Under the pieces are notes generated by a model. It was not told where the DNA came from, did no database searches, and worked only from the letters and a program-made list of their open reading frames with translations. The position numbers and the translations under genes are program-made. DNA of 64,000 bases from Thermodesulfobacteriota bacterium (GTDB taxonomy: Bacteria > Desulfobacterota > Desulfobacteria > Desulfobacterales > SURF-7), in NCBI GenBank assembly GCA_049320885.1, contig JBMORA010000022.1, positions 32,001 to 96,000 on the forward strand. Reading direction: 5' to 3'. Every line of letters begins with the position of its first letter. Within the stretch, counting starts at the first letter, position 1. Shown here piece by piece: positions 1-9,962 of the stretch.

Positions 1-187
1 CGGGGTTGTACCCGGCGCGGCAGGCGGTGCACAGATAATCGGCCGTCAGTGGACCGAAATCCGTCGGCAACGGGTTCCCAGGCCGCGGGGCCGGTTCTCC
101 GCGGTAGAGTTCCCCGCATGCCAGGCACCGGTTCGGGAAAAAAAATTCCCGCGCGGCCCCGGCAATGCGGATCAGGGTTTTTCGCAT
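1..187 (-). CDS. comF: ComF-family protein, N-terminal part (double zinc ribbon), runs off window
   Basis: Manual translation from ATG at 187: MRKTLIRIAGAAREFFFPNRCLACGE...YLCTACRAGYNP; FPxxCxxC...LCxxC is the ComF N-terminus; directly downstream of icd; not in ORF track because truncated. Confidence 0.75.
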   Translation of the reverse strand, partial: MRKTLIRIAGAAREFFFPNRCLACGELYRGEPAPRPGNPLPTDFGPLTADYLCTACRAGYNP

Positions 188-190
188 GGA

Positions 191-1414
191 TCATCCCATA
201 TGGGTGACAAGGGCCCGGGCGAATTCCGAGCATTTGACCTCGGTGGCGCCCTCCATCTGCCGGGCCAGGTCATAGGTTACGATGCCGGACCGGATGACGG
301 CCTGCAATCCCCGGCGGATCCGTTCGGCGGCCGGGCCCCAGCCCATGTAGTCCAGCATCATGGCGCCGGACAGGATCAGGGAACTCGGGTTCACCTTGTC
401 CAGGCCGGCGTATTTCGGCGCAGTGCCGTGGGTCGCCTCGAAACAGGCGCAGGTGTCGCCGATATTGGCGCCGGGGGCCATCCCCAGGCCGCCCACCTGG
501 GCCGCCAGGGCGTCGGAGAGATAATCGCCGTTCAGGTTCGGCGTTGCGATGACGGAGTACTCCTCCGGCCGCAGCAGGACCTGCTGGAACAGCATGTCGG
601 CGATCCGGTCCTTGATAATGACCTTGCCTTCCGGAGGCCGGCCCTGATGGTGTTCATTCAATTCCGCTTCCGTCACGGTTCGGTCGCTGAATTTTTCCCC
701 GGCGACTTCATAGCCCCAGGTACGGAAGGCGCCCTCGGTATATTTCATGATATTGCCCTTGTGCATCAGGGTGACGCTGGGCAGGCGGTTTTCAAGGGCG
801 TAGGATATGGCCGCGGCCACCAGCCGCTTGGTATTGGCTTCGCTCATGGGCTTGATGCCGATGCCGGCGCGGGGCGGCAGGGCCGCTCCCATCCGCTGCT
901 CCAGAAAAGCGATCACGTTTTCCGCCTCGGCGGTGCCCGCGCCCCATTCGATGCCGGCATAGAGGTCTTCCGTATTTTCCCGGAAAACGACCATGTCGAT
1001 TTTTTGGGGGTTCTTCATGGGGCTGGGCACGGGATCGATATAGCGCACCGGCCGCACGCAGGCGTAAAGGTCCAGTTTTTGGCGGATGGTCACATTCAGA
1101 CTGCGGATTCCCTTGCCCACCGGTGTGGTCAGGGGGCCTTTGATGGCCACCACATGGTCCTGAATGGCGGTAAGGGCCGACTCCGGCAGATAGTCGCCGG
1201 TTTTCCGGAAGCCTTTTTCGCCGACATCCAGGGAAAGCCATTCGATGCGCTTCCGGCCGTTGAAAGCGGCCGCGACGGCCGCGTCGATGACCAGACGGGC
1301 GGCGTTCCAGATATCCGGACCGATCCCGTCTCCCTCGATGAAGGGGATGATCGGCTGATCCGGAACCGTGAGGGTTCCATGGGCGGTTTTGGTGATTTTG
1401 GCTGGCTGGGTCAT
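191..1414 (-). CDS. icd: NADP-dependent isocitrate dehydrogenase
   Basis: [56 protein letters not shown]; start set at ATG 1414 after GAAAGGA RBS. Confidence 0.97.
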   Translation of the reverse strand: MTQPAKITKTAHGTLTVPDQPIIPFIEGDGIGPDIWNAARLVIDAAVAAAFNGRKRIEWLSLDVGEKGFRKTGDYLPESALTAIQDHVVAIKGPLTTPVGKGIRSLNVTIRQKLDLYACVRPVRYIDPVPSPMKNPQKIDMVVFRENTEDLYAGIEWGAGTAEAENVIAFLEQRMGAALPPRAGIGIKPMSEANTKRLVAAAISYALENRLPSVTLMHKGNIMKYTEGAFRTWGYEVAGEKFSDRTVTEAELNEHHQGRPPEGKVIIKDRIADMLFQQVLLRPEEYSVIATPNLNGDYLSDALAAQVGGLGMAPGANIGDTCACFEATHGTAPKYAGLDKVNPSSLILSGAMMLDYMGWGPAAERIRRGLQAVIRSGIVTYDLARQMEGATEVKCSEFARALVTHMG

Positions 1415-1485
1415 GACATCTTCCTTTCTCGTCTCGCCGGATCGGCGCAGTACTAATATATTTGGATATGATACCGGATGAACCG

Positions 1486-2259
1486 TCATTGTTGTTTACC
1501 GGACGGACGCTCCTGGAACCGATGCCGCAAGGCTTCGTACATCAGGATGGCGCCGGCGACCGATGCATTCAGGGAATTGACCGCGCCCATCTGGGGGATG
1601 GCCACCAGCTGGTCGCAATGTTTCCGGACAAGCGGGCGCAGCCCCTTGTCTTCCCCGCCGACGATCAGGGCCAGAGGGCCTTTCAGATCCCAACGGAAGA
1701 TGCTGCTTTCGGCCCGGGCGTCGGCGCCGATGAGCCAGATGGCATTTTGCCGGAGCAGCCGCATGAAGTCCACCAGGTTGGTGACCCGGGCCAGGAGCGC
1801 ATGCTCCATTGCTCCGGCGGAAGCCTTGGATACGGAGGGGGTCGGCGCGGCGGCCCGGTCCTTGGGAATCACCACCCCCGCGGCTCCCAGGCAGACCGCC
1901 GATCGAATCAGCGCCCCCAGGTTGTGGGGATCCTGGACGCTGTCGATTAAAAGAAGGAAGTGTTCCCGGGGGTGTTGCAGATACCCGTGGACGATCTCGT
2001 CTTCGTCCGTCAGCGGGAAGGAGCCGGCCAGGGCCGCGACGCCCTGGTGCTTGTCCGATCCGCTCTTTTTCCGCAGCGCCTCCGCCGACAGGGTTCGAAG
2101 GGGAACTCCCTTTGCGTCGGCGAGTTCCCTGACCGGCTCCAGCCGGTGATGCGGGGCATTCGCGGCGATGTAGATTTCGCTGATGGCTCTCCGCCCCGCT
2201 TTCAGGGCTTCCTGGACCGGGTGAAGACCGTAGAGAATTTCCCAATTCGTTTTTTGCAT
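1486..2259 (-). CDS. rlmB: 23S rRNA (Gm2251) 2'-O-methyltransferase
   Basis: [49 protein letters not shown] SpoU motifs; start at ATG 2259. Confidence 0.93.
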   Translation of the reverse strand: MQKTNWEILYGLHPVQEALKAGRRAISEIYIAANAPHHRLEPVRELADAKGVPLRTLSAEALRKKSGSDKHQGVAALAGSFPLTDEDEIVHGYLQHPREHFLLLIDSVQDPHNLGALIRSAVCLGAAGVVIPKDRAAAPTPSVSKASAGAMEHALLARVTNLVDFMRLLRQNAIWLIGADARAESSIFRWDLKGPLALIVGGEDKGLRPLVRKHCDQLVAIPQMGAVNSLNASVAGAILMYEALRHRFQERPSGKQQ

Positions 2260-2302
2260 ATCGGTTTTCAGTCGTTGTCGCTGTCGGTGCGGTCCGCGGC
2301 GC

Positions 2303-2929
2303 TCATTCCCCGCCTCGATTCCCATGCCGCCGGATGATGTCCGTAAGTTCCTCAATGGCTTCCGGCAGATGGTCGTTGATCACAATGTAGTGATACAGAT
2401 CCTTTCTGGCCATTTCTTCCCGGGAATTCCTGAGCCGTTTTTCGATGACCTCCTTGGAATCGGTTCCCCTGCCGGCCAGCCGCCGGGCCAGAATCTCCGG
2501 CGATGGGGGCATGATGAAAATGGTGATGCATCCGGGATAGCGCCGCATGATTTGCTGCGCTCCCTGAACATCGATGTCCAGCAGGATGTCGTTTCCGCGG
2601 GCAAGCCGCTGCTCCAGAAAAAGAGCGGACGTGCCGTAATAATTTCCGTGCACTTCCGCCCACTCCGCCCATTGATCCGATTCAATCCGCCGCTGAAACT
2701 CATCCGGGGAGATGAAAAAATAATCCCGGCCGTGCTCTTCTCCCTTGCGGGGCGTCCGGGTGGTGTAGGAGATGGAATACTTCAGATCCGGCAACCGCTT
2801 CAGCACTTCCCGGCACAGGGTTGTTTTCCCCGCGCCGGAGGGGGCCGAGACCACGAAGAGACAGCCTTCCCGCCCGCCGGTCATGCGGATGTCGCCCCTG
2901 GATTGCGGTATGCTTTGTTTCCCGTTCAT
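2303..2929 (-). CDS. gmk: guanylate kinase
   Basis: SAPSGAGKTT P-loop, SYTTRTPRKGE, AEVHGNYYGT, LDIDVQGA; alternative start 2884. Confidence 0.96.
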   Translation of the reverse strand: MNGKQSIPQSRGDIRMTGGREGCLFVVSAPSGAGKTTLCREVLKRLPDLKYSISYTTRTPRKGEEHGRDYFFISPDEFQRRIESDQWAEWAEVHGNYYGTSALFLEQRLARGNDILLDIDVQGAQQIMRRYPGCITIFIMPPSPEILARRLAGRGTDSKEVIEKRLRNSREEMARKDLYHYIVINDHLPEAIEELTDIIRRHGNRGGE

Positions 2930-2935
2930 GATCCG

Positions 2936-3190
2936 TCACGCGGTTTCCTTGATGGTGGCAAGGCGCTGGGAGATGGTTTCCGCCTGGATGGCGGACAGGA
3001 TGATGTGGTTGCTGTCGGTGACGATGATGGAGCGGGTGCGCCTGCCGTAGGTGGCGTCAATCAGGCGTTTGTCCTCCTTGGCCTCATCCTTCAACCGTTT
3101 CATCGGTGCGGAATTGGGGGATACGATGGCGATCACCCGCTCGGCGACGACCGTGCTGCCGAATCCGATATTCAATAAGGTTTGTTCCAT
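2936..3190 (-). CDS. remA: DUF370 / RemA-family protein
   Basis: [10 protein letters not shown]...[14 protein letters not shown]...[31 protein letters not shown]; canonical position between yicC and gmk. Confidence 0.9.
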   Translation of the reverse strand: MEQTLLNIGFGSTVVAERVIAIVSPNSAPMKRLKDEAKEDKRLIDATYGRRTRSIIVTDSNHIILSAIQAETISQRLATIKETA

Positions 3191-3229
3191 GGCCCTCCCT
3201 TTCCCCGCTACCCGCCGCCGGCGGCGACA

Positions 3230-4111
3230 TCACTCGATGTTTTGAACCTGTTCACGAATTTTTTCAAGCTCTGTTTTCAGCGCGACAATGGTGTGGGATA
3301 TCTCCACCTTGCCGCTTTTGGAACCCATGGTGTTGAATTCCCGGTTCAATTCCTGGAGCAGAAAATTCAATGGCCGTCCGGCCGGTTCTTCCGCGTCCAT
3401 GAGGTGCCGAAACTGCGTCAAATGACTTCTGGCCCGCACGATTTCCTCGGAAATGTCGCTGCGATCCGCCAGAAAGGCGGCCTCCTGGGCAAGCCGCGTC
3501 GGATCGATTTCGATCTGTCCCTGGGTCAGGACGGTGATCCGCTCCTTCAATTTTTCCTGGTAATGGGGCAACAGCTGCGAGGCCGCCTGTTCGATGCCCT
3601 GGAGGCTCCGCTCGATGGCGGCCAGCCGGTCCTCGAAATCCTTGCGGAGGAATCCGCCTTCCTTTTGGCGCATGTCGTTCAGGGTGGCGAGGGCTTCGTC
3701 CAGGCAGCAGGATATCATCGGCCGGATGCTTTCCAGATCTTTTTCCACGTCGGCCGGTTTGAACAAGCCTTCACAGGCGAGCAGGTGGTCTATCCGGAGG
3801 TCGCCCTTCAGATCCAGGGAGGATTTCAAACGGCCCAGGGCCCGATGGTATGCTCGGGCCCGGGCTTCGTCGGTCTCGAAGGCAATGGCCTGGGCCGATT
3901 CATCCTGAATCCGAAAGCGGACCTCCACCCGCCCCCTGCTCAGGGCCGCGCCGATCCGGGTGCGGATGAAATCCTCCAGTCCTTCGTAGCCGTGGGGAAG
4001 GCGCAGCAGCAGGTCAAGGCTTTTCCCGTTGTAGGAACGGATTTCGGTGGATACGGTGATCCGGCCGGTTGTCGTTTCCGCTTTGGCGTATGCGGTCATG
4101 CTCTGAATCAT
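3230..4111 (-). CDS. yicC: YicC/YloC-family endoribonuclease
   Basis: MIQSMTAY start; DISEEIVR, GRPLNFLLQELNREFNTMGSK, LEKIREQVQNIE end. Confidence 0.95.
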   Translation of the reverse strand: MIQSMTAYAKAETTTGRITVSTEIRSYNGKSLDLLLRLPHGYEGLEDFIRTRIGAALSRGRVEVRFRIQDESAQAIAFETDEARARAYHRALGRLKSSLDLKGDLRIDHLLACEGLFKPADVEKDLESIRPMISCCLDEALATLNDMRQKEGGFLRKDFEDRLAAIERSLQGIEQAASQLLPHYQEKLKERITVLTQGQIEIDPTRLAQEAAFLADRSDISEEIVRARSHLTQFRHLMDAEEPAGRPLNFLLQELNREFNTMGSKSGKVEISHTIVALKTELEKIREQVQNIE

Positions 4112-4674
4112 GGCGTCTCCCGGCTGCCGGCGCCGGAGTTGCCGGCCGGCAGGAGTTGAAGATCGAAACGGTATTTTTTCCGGACCGCTTCCAGGAAGGT
4201 GGTTATGCCGGTGTCGGCGTAATCCGGATAGGTCCAGGGCAGCTTCTGGAAGGCTTTTTTCTGATACAGCAGGGTCAGGTCGGCATAGATCCCCTCGCCC
4301 AAATAAATCCGGTGGGAATAGTTTTTCCCGCTGGCCAGAACAAAGCGCTCCATGACCAGGTAGCCCGGGTCGATATTCACCCGGCGTTTCCCGTCACCGG
4401 CCAGTTGCTGTTCCATCCGGTTGGTGGCCAGCTTGACGGCGGGAAGCTCTTCCTGCCGGATCGGATTTTTGAATGCCAGCATGCGCCGGAAAAGCGGTTT
4501 CCCCATTTCCGGCGCATAATAATCGGTGTAATCAAAACCGAGCCACGAGCTGGCGAGGTCCACCGGGCCGAACCGTTGGACGAGCGCCTTTCCGGCGATT
4601 CCATAAAGCGATTTGTCGGCCATCAACAGACTGATGACCAGTTTCGCGGAGGGAGGAAGTTGGGGAAGGCTCAT
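4108..4674 (-). CDS. DUF4416-family protein
   Basis: FDYTDYYAPEMG, KLATNRME, RRVNIDPGY, LASGKNYSHRIYLGEGIYADLTL, LPWTYPDY. Confidence 0.85.
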   Translation of the reverse strand: MSLPQLPPSAKLVISLLMADKSLYGIAGKALVQRFGPVDLASSWLGFDYTDYYAPEMGKPLFRRMLAFKNPIRQEELPAVKLATNRMEQQLAGDGKRRVNIDPGYLVMERFVLASGKNYSHRIYLGEGIYADLTLLYQKKAFQKLPWTYPDYADTGITTFLEAVRKKYRFDLQLLPAGNSGAGSRETP

Positions 4675-4719
4675 GGCTGCCGCATTATGGGTAACGAAAT
4701 CCTTAAGGTTATTAGGGGA

Positions 4720-4893
4720 TTATTGCCGGATCGGTTTGGCCTCTTCCACCAGCATGATGGGAATGCCGTCGCGGATTTCATACAACAACCGGCAGTGTTC
4801 GCAAATCAATCCGTTCCCCTCTTCATTTGGACGGATATCTCCCTTGCATTTGGGGCAAGCGAGAATGTCGAGCAATTCTTTACGGATGGTCAT
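4720..4893 (-). CDS. Trm112-family protein
   Basis: MTIRKELLDILACPKCKG...LICEHCRLLYEIRDGIPIMLVEEA; ATG 4893 after AAGGAG RBS. Confidence 0.93.
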   Translation of the reverse strand: MTIRKELLDILACPKCKGDIRPNEEGNGLICEHCRLLYEIRDGIPIMLVEEAKPIRQ

Positions 4894-5018
4894 GAAACGC
4901 TCCTTAGAAATAAAAGTGACACCGGAAACCTGTTCCCCTATAACAAAGATGCCGTCCGCATGCAAAACAAAACCGCCCCCGGGCGGAAGCGGTGATGGCC
5001 GGCCGGCTGTAAAATTTC

Positions 5019-5047
5019 TTGACAACCGGAAGGAAATATGAGCTAAT
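5019..5047 (+). promoter_or_regulatory. putative sigma-70 promoter
   Basis: TTGACA at 5019-5024, weak -10 (GCTAAT) 17 nt later, in AT-rich intergenic DNA. Confidence 0.4.
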
Positions 5048-5210
5048 GGATATATCATTAAATACAATATTTTGAGTGAGACACAGTCTTCAGGCGCCGG
5101 CACAAACGATCCCCGAATGGAGCGTGAAATTGTCTCTTGCAGGTTGGGTTCTCGCTACTCCGCACCTGTTTCATCCGTAAGTACAATTGTGCATTGAAGG
5201 ATCATGATTC

Positions 5211-5402
5211 ATGGATAACAGAGGGGTTTCTTCGGACAATGGGGGCAGGCGCTCGAACCTGGAGCGGCGGGTTGTGGCCTGTTGGGACTATTCCCCTGAA
5301 CGAAGAACCGATAACGACCGGCGAAGCGGGTTCGACCGGAGAAAAAACCGGTATGAAAATGTCGGTGAAATCGAGCGCCGCAGCCTGGCCGATATTCTGT
5401 AA
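5211..5402 (+). CDS. small Arg-rich protein with repeated (D/E/G)RR motifs
   Basis: 63 aa ORF after GAAGG RBS; six xRR triplets (GRR, ERR, ERR, DRR, DRR, ERR). Confidence 0.65.
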   Translation: MDNRGVSSDNGGRRSNLERRVVACWDYSPERRTDNDRRSGFDRRKNRYENVGEIERRSLADIL

Positions 5403-5503
5403 GCCGCAGCCCATGTCCCTCCCGAATCCATCCCGCCCCCTTCTTCCCCGGAACCACCGGCGCCATCCCTTCCGGCAACCCATGGCCGTACGGAGATGAT
5501 TCC

Positions 5504-7192
5504 TTGAAGCTCTTGAGAATTTCAGGCCGGATTGTATGGTTCACCGTGCTGCTGATTGCCGTCGGGGGAGCCTCCGCCGAAACGAAGCCCCCCCTTCGGA
5601 ACGGAGGGAAGCCGGACCCGGATTTGGCATACCGGATCCGTCATCTGGAAATGCTGATGCGCTCCATCGACCGCGCGGCGGAAGATGTCCAGGCAATGCA
5701 ACGGCGGATGAAAGAAGGCGACGGCGTCGGTCGTGAGCATGAATTCCGAAAACAAATCCAGGAGCTGAGTGACAAGCAGGCCGGCCTGGAGGACGATTTC
5801 CGCCGTCTGGCCGCCGATGTCGATGAGATCAAAGTGGAGGATGTCCGGGCGGAAAAGAAGTTCGACTGGCAGAAGGAAATCGTGCAGTTGATCACCCCGC
5901 TGCTGCGAGAAGTCAATAAGATTACGGAGCGTCCGCGACAGATAGAGGAGCTGCGGGACAAGATTGCCTCCCATGGGGTCGAGCTGGCGCGGATCGAAAT
6001 GGCGCTCAATAATGTGGCGCGGTTGATACCCGCAGCGCAGAATGAGGCGCTGGAAGCCAGGCTGAAGGAATATCTCCGCTTCTGGCAAGGCCGGGAGGAG
6101 GAGATCCGGACGCGGATGGATATTGACCGGCGCGAACTTGCGCGTTATCTGGGGCAAGAGAAGACGGTCTCCGAATCCGTTTGGGATTTCTTCCGGCTGT
6201 TTTTCAAAAGCCGGGGCAGAAATCTGATCTGCGCGTTTTTGGTATTGTTCCTGATCTGGTTCGGGTTGTATTTTTTCTACAAGCCGATCCGGAAATACAG
6301 CCCGTTTCATCACCCGGAGCGATCCGTTTATACGCGTGTCTTTGACGCCACCTATTTTACGGCGGCCACTGTCCTGGCAGTGGCGGGATGCCTGACGACC
6401 CTGTATTTTTTCCATGACTGGGTATTGCTTTCCATAGCGGTTCTGTTTCTCCTGGGAATCGCCTGGGCCTCCAAGCAAGCCATACCCCATGTGTTGGACC
6501 AGTTGCGGATGATGCTGAACCTGGGACCCGTGCGGGAAGGGGAAGTCCTGGTGTACCGTGGTTTGCTCTTTGAGGTGCGTGCCCTGAACCTCTATTCCCT
6601 GCTGGAGAACAGGGCGCTCCAGGGCGGCCTTGTCCGGGTTCCCATCCGGGAACTGATCGATCACCGGTCCCGGCCTCAGCTCGACGATGAGCCCTGGTTC
6701 CCGAGTCAAACCGGTGACTGGGTGCACCTGTCGGACGGCGGATACGGCCAGGTGGTGGTGCAAACCCCGGAAACGGTCATGATCCGGCAGCCGGGCGGGG
6801 AGGCGGTTTTTTACCGAACCGGCGATTACCTGGCCTTTCGTCCCGTGAATCTGTCAAGGGGATTCCGGTTGTGGATCGCTTTTTCCCTGGGGTATGAAAC
6901 CATTTCAGGGGTCAACAAGGACATCCCGCGGGTTTTTGAAAAGGAGCTGCCGTCGATGTTGGCGGAACGGGGATACGGGGCCCAGGCCTTTCAGGGTGTT
7001 GCCGTTGTCTTCCGGAGAGCCGGGAGGAGTTCGTTGGATCTGCTGATCATGGCGGATTTCACCGGCGCCGCGGCTTGCGACTACAAAGTGCTGCCATCCA
7101 CCATCACCGGGATGTGCCTGGATATCTGCAACCGCCATCAGTGGCGGCCGCCCTTCCATCAGGTCCGCATCCATGGAAGGGAGCCGGAATAG
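5504..7192 (+). CDS. MscS-family mechanosensitive channel with long periplasmic coiled coil
   Basis: Signal peptide, coiled-coil region, three hydrophobic helices, LNLGPVREGE and a C-terminal MscS-like beta domain (SSLDL...PFHQVRIH); TTG start after GGAG. Confidence 0.75.
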   Translation: MKLLRISGRIVWFTVLLIAVGGASAETKPPLRNGGKPDPDLAYRIRHLEMLMRSIDRAAEDVQAMQRRMKEGDGVGREHEFRKQIQELSDKQAGLEDDFRRLAADVDEIKVEDVRAEKKFDWQKEIVQLITPLLREVNKITERPRQIEELRDKIASHGVELARIEMALNNVARLIPAAQNEALEARLKEYLRFWQGREEEIRTRMDIDRRELARYLGQEKTVSESVWDFFRLFFKSRGRNLICAFLVLFLIWFGLYFFYKPIRKYSPFHHPERSVYTRVFDATYFTAATVLAVAGCLTTLYFFHDWVLLSIAVLFLLGIAWASKQAIPHVLDQLRMMLNLGPVREGEVLVYRGLLFEVRALNLYSLLENRALQGGLVRVPIRELIDHRSRPQLDDEPWFPSQTGDWVHLSDGGYGQVVVQTPETVMIRQPGGEAVFYRTGDYLAFRPVNLSRGFRLWIAFSLGYETISGVNKDIPRVFEKELPSMLAERGYGAQAFQGVAVVFRRAGRSSLDLLIMADFTGAAACDYKVLPSTITGMCLDICNRHQWRPPFHQVRIHGREPE

Positions 7193-7211
7193 TGAATGGT
7201 CGCTCATTCCC
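7192..7211. promoter_or_regulatory. auxiliary FadR-type operator
   Basis: GTGAATGGTCGCTCATTCCC, 15/20 identical to the perfect palindrome at 10011. Confidence 0.55.
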
Positions 7212-7325
7212 CTTTTCCCCCGGAGACAGCCGCTGTTCATTTCTGGATGTATCAATAAAAAACTAATTGATATAAATAGTTATTCTTTTGCATGGGGCTT
7301 TCAGCCAGGGCCGGATGCTTTTTGC

Positions 7326-7372
7326 TTGACTTCCCCGGGCCAGAGTTGGTAAATGAATGAGTATTCATTCAT
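7326..7372 (+). promoter_or_regulatory. sigma-70 promoter with overlapping FadR-type operator of the tetR-ACAD operon
   Basis: TTGACT 7326-7331, -10 region about 7349-7355, near-perfect palindrome ATGAATGAGTATTCATTCAT 7353-7372. Confidence 0.8.
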
Positions 7373-7389
7373 TCGGAGCGATAGCGACC

Positions 7390-8016
7390 ATGCCGGAAGC
7401 CGAGAATAAAATCAATCACAGCAAGGCAAGAGCCGACAAATATCATCGAATTTTGGAGGCGGCCATTCAGGTTTTTGCGGAGCAGGGCTTTTTCCATTCC
7501 ACCGTTTCCCAGATTGCCAAGGAGGCGGGTGTCGCCGACGGAACCATCTATCTGTATTTCAAAAATAAAGATGATATCCTGCTGCAGTTTTTCAATTACA
7601 AGACCAAGCAGGTCTTCAACCAGTTCCGGGAAGCGGTGGACCAGGCGGATAATGCCAAGGACAAGCTGCGGAATTTGATCCGCTGTCATCTGAAGGAATT
7701 TCAGCGGGATCGGAACATGGCCATCGTTTTCCAGGCCGAAGCCCGGCAGGGAAGGCATATCGAGCGCTATATCAAGGATTTGACCAAAATGTATCTGGAC
7801 CTGATCGGTGAAATCGTTGAAATGGGCCAGGAGGAAGGGGCCATGCGGAAGGAATTGTATTTGAGCCTGGTGAAGCGATATATCCTGGGCGCGGTGGATG
7901 AAGTCATCAACACCTGGGTCAACGCCGGGGGGGCATATGACCTGGTTTCCATGGCCGACCCGCTGGTGGAGCTGTTTTTACGAGGCATTGGAAGCAACGG
8001 AACATCCGCTACATAA
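7390..8016 (+). CDS. fadR: TetR-family regulator, FadR(YsiA)-like
   Basis: ILEAAIQVFAEQGF...VSQIAKEAGVADGTIYLYFKNKDDIL HTH; precedes acyl-CoA dehydrogenase; ATG 7390 follows GGAG (ATG 7357 lies inside the operator). Confidence 0.85.
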   Translation: MPEAENKINHSKARADKYHRILEAAIQVFAEQGFFHSTVSQIAKEAGVADGTIYLYFKNKDDILLQFFNYKTKQVFNQFREAVDQADNAKDKLRNLIRCHLKEFQRDRNMAIVFQAEARQGRHIERYIKDLTKMYLDLIGEIVEMGQEEGAMRKELYLSLVKRYILGAVDEVINTWVNAGGAYDLVSMADPLVELFLRGIGSNGTSAT

Positions 8017-8071
8017 ACCATAAGGGGATCATCAAGGGTAAGAAACATTTTCGAGAAAAGGAGAAAACGAA

Positions 8072-9880
8072 ATGGCACAGCTGATTGCAGATCGCAGGGA
8101 TGTCGATTTTGTGTTGTATGAACAATTCCAGGTCGACGAATTGAGCAAGAACGAAGTCTATGAGGAATTCAACAAGAAAACCATCGACCTGATCGTTTCG
8201 GAAGCCAGGAATCTGGCGGTCAAGGAAATCCTGCCGACCCAGAAAATCGGGGATGAGGAAGGAGTGACCTTCGAAAACGGGGCCGTGACGGTGCCGGAGC
8301 CGTTCCAGCGGGTCTGGGAACTGTTCAAGGATGGGGAATGGCTGGCCATGCCGGAAGATGTTGAATACGGCGGGCAGGGAATGCCCCGGGCCGTTTCCAT
8401 GGCGGCCAGCGATTATCTGGTGGGGGCCAATTACGCCTTCATGATGTACCCGGGCCTGACCCACGGCGCCGGAAAACTGGTGGAGACCTTCGGCACGGAA
8501 GAGCAGAAACGGATTTACCTCAAAAACATGTATACGGGTAAATGGACCGGCACCATGCTGCTCACGGAGCCGGAAGCCGGATCGGATGTGGGCAATCTGA
8601 GCACCACGGCGGTGAAAAATGCCGACGGCACCTATTCCATCACCGGCAACAAGATTTTCATCTCCGGCGGCGATCATGACCTGGCGGAGAACATCATTCA
8701 TCCGGTTCTGGCCAGAATCGAAGGCGCTCCGGCCGGCACCAAGGGGATCTCCCTGTTTCTCGTGCCCAAATTCCGGGTCAACCCGGACGGCAGCATAGGG
8801 GAATTCAACGACGTGGTCTGCACCGGCATCGAGGAAAAGATGGGCATTCACGGAAATGCGACCTGCTCCCTGACTCTCGGCGGCAAGGGGCAGTGCATCG
8901 GCACCCTGCTGGGAGAAGAGAACAAAGGCATGCGCGCCATGTTCCTGATGATGAACGAGGCCAGGCTGCTGGTGGGACTCCAGGGATTCACCTGTGCATC
9001 CAATTCCTATCTGTACGCCCTGAATTATGCCCGGGAGCGCCTGCAGGGGCGACATCTGCTGAAGATGCTGGAAAAGGACGCTCCGCCGGTGGCCATCATC
9101 CAGCATCCGGATGTCCGGCGCATGTTGATGAACATGAAAGTCTACGTGGAGGCCATGCGCAGCCTGCTGTATTATGTCGCGTATTGCGAAGACAGGGCCA
9201 AGACCTCTGCCGATCCGGAAGAAAAGGACAAATGGCACGGACTGGTGGAAGTCCTGACGCCCGTGGCAAAGGGGTATGTCACCGACCGTTCCTTCGAGGT
9301 ATGCAGCACCGGCATGCAGGTGTACGGCGGATACGGCTATATCAAGGAATATCCCATGGAACAGCTGCTCCGGGATTGCCGCATCACCATGATTTACGAG
9401 GGGACCAACGGCATCCAGGCCATGGACCTCCTCGGCCGCAAGCTGGGGATGAAAAAAGGCAAATACGTGATGGATCTGTTCGGGGAGGTTCAGAAAACCA
9501 TCGGGGCCGCGAAGAAAACCGCCGGGCTGGAAGAATTGGCCGAAAAGGTGGAGAACTCCCTGAACAAGCTCGGCGAAGTCGCCATGCACATGGGGAAAAC
9601 CGCCATGAGCGAGAAGGTGCTCACCGCCTTTGCCTTCGCCCATCCGTTCTTGGAGGTCACGGGAGATGTGGTCATGTCCTGGATGCTGCTCTGGCGGGCC
9701 GTGGCCGCCAAGGCCAACCTGGCGAAAAAACCCAAGGATGCCGCTTTCTACAACGGCCAGGTAAAGTCCCTGGAATATTTTGTCCACACGGTGTTGCCCG
9801 TCACCGGTGGAAAAATGAAAGCGATCCTGTCGACGAACGGGGCTGCCGTTGATATCGAGGATGTTTCATTCGGCGGGTAG
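8072..9880 (+). CDS. acyl-CoA dehydrogenase
   Basis: GTMLLTEPEAGSDVG, ITGNKIFISGG, IEEKMGIHGNAT, QVYGGYGY, IYEGTNGIQAMDLLGRK. Confidence 0.96.
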   Translation: MAQLIADRRDVDFVLYEQFQVDELSKNEVYEEFNKKTIDLIVSEARNLAVKEILPTQKIGDEEGVTFENGAVTVPEPFQRVWELFKDGEWLAMPEDVEYGGQGMPRAVSMAASDYLVGANYAFMMYPGLTHGAGKLVETFGTEEQKRIYLKNMYTGKWTGTMLLTEPEAGSDVGNLSTTAVKNADGTYSITGNKIFISGGDHDLAENIIHPVLARIEGAPAGTKGISLFLVPKFRVNPDGSIGEFNDVVCTGIEEKMGIHGNATCSLTLGGKGQCIGTLLGEENKGMRAMFLMMNEARLLVGLQGFTCASNSYLYALNYARERLQGRHLLKMLEKDAPPVAIIQHPDVRRMLMNMKVYVEAMRSLLYYVAYCEDRAKTSADPEEKDKWHGLVEVLTPVAKGYVTDRSFEVCSTGMQVYGGYGYIKEYPMEQLLRDCRITMIYEGTNGIQAMDLLGRKLGMKKGKYVMDLFGEVQKTIGAAKKTAGLEELAEKVENSLNKLGEVAMHMGKTAMSEKVLTAFAFAHPFLEVTGDVVMSWMLLWRAVAAKANLAKKPKDAAFYNGQVKSLEYFVHTVLPVTGGKMKAILSTNGAAVDIEDVSFGG

Positions 9881-9925
9881 ATGAAAATCCGGATAACAAC
9901 GAAGGATGGATGGCTGTGATACGAG

Positions 9926-9962
9926 AACGGGGCTCCGGTTCATGCGGTGCCCCGTTTTTTTC
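9926..9962 (+). terminator. intrinsic terminator
   Basis: AACGGGGC(T)CCG...CGG(T)GCCCCGTT hairpin followed by T run. Confidence 0.75.

Noticed and set aside
5403..5500. GGA-rich minus-strand stretch resembling a CsrA-titrating sRNA
   Set aside because: No promoter or terminator and few GGA in hairpin loops; explained by a C-rich spacer.
7357..7389. Upstream ATG for the TetR gene (MSIHSF...)
   Set aside because: Lies inside the operator palindrome with no RBS; ATG 7390 follows GGAG.
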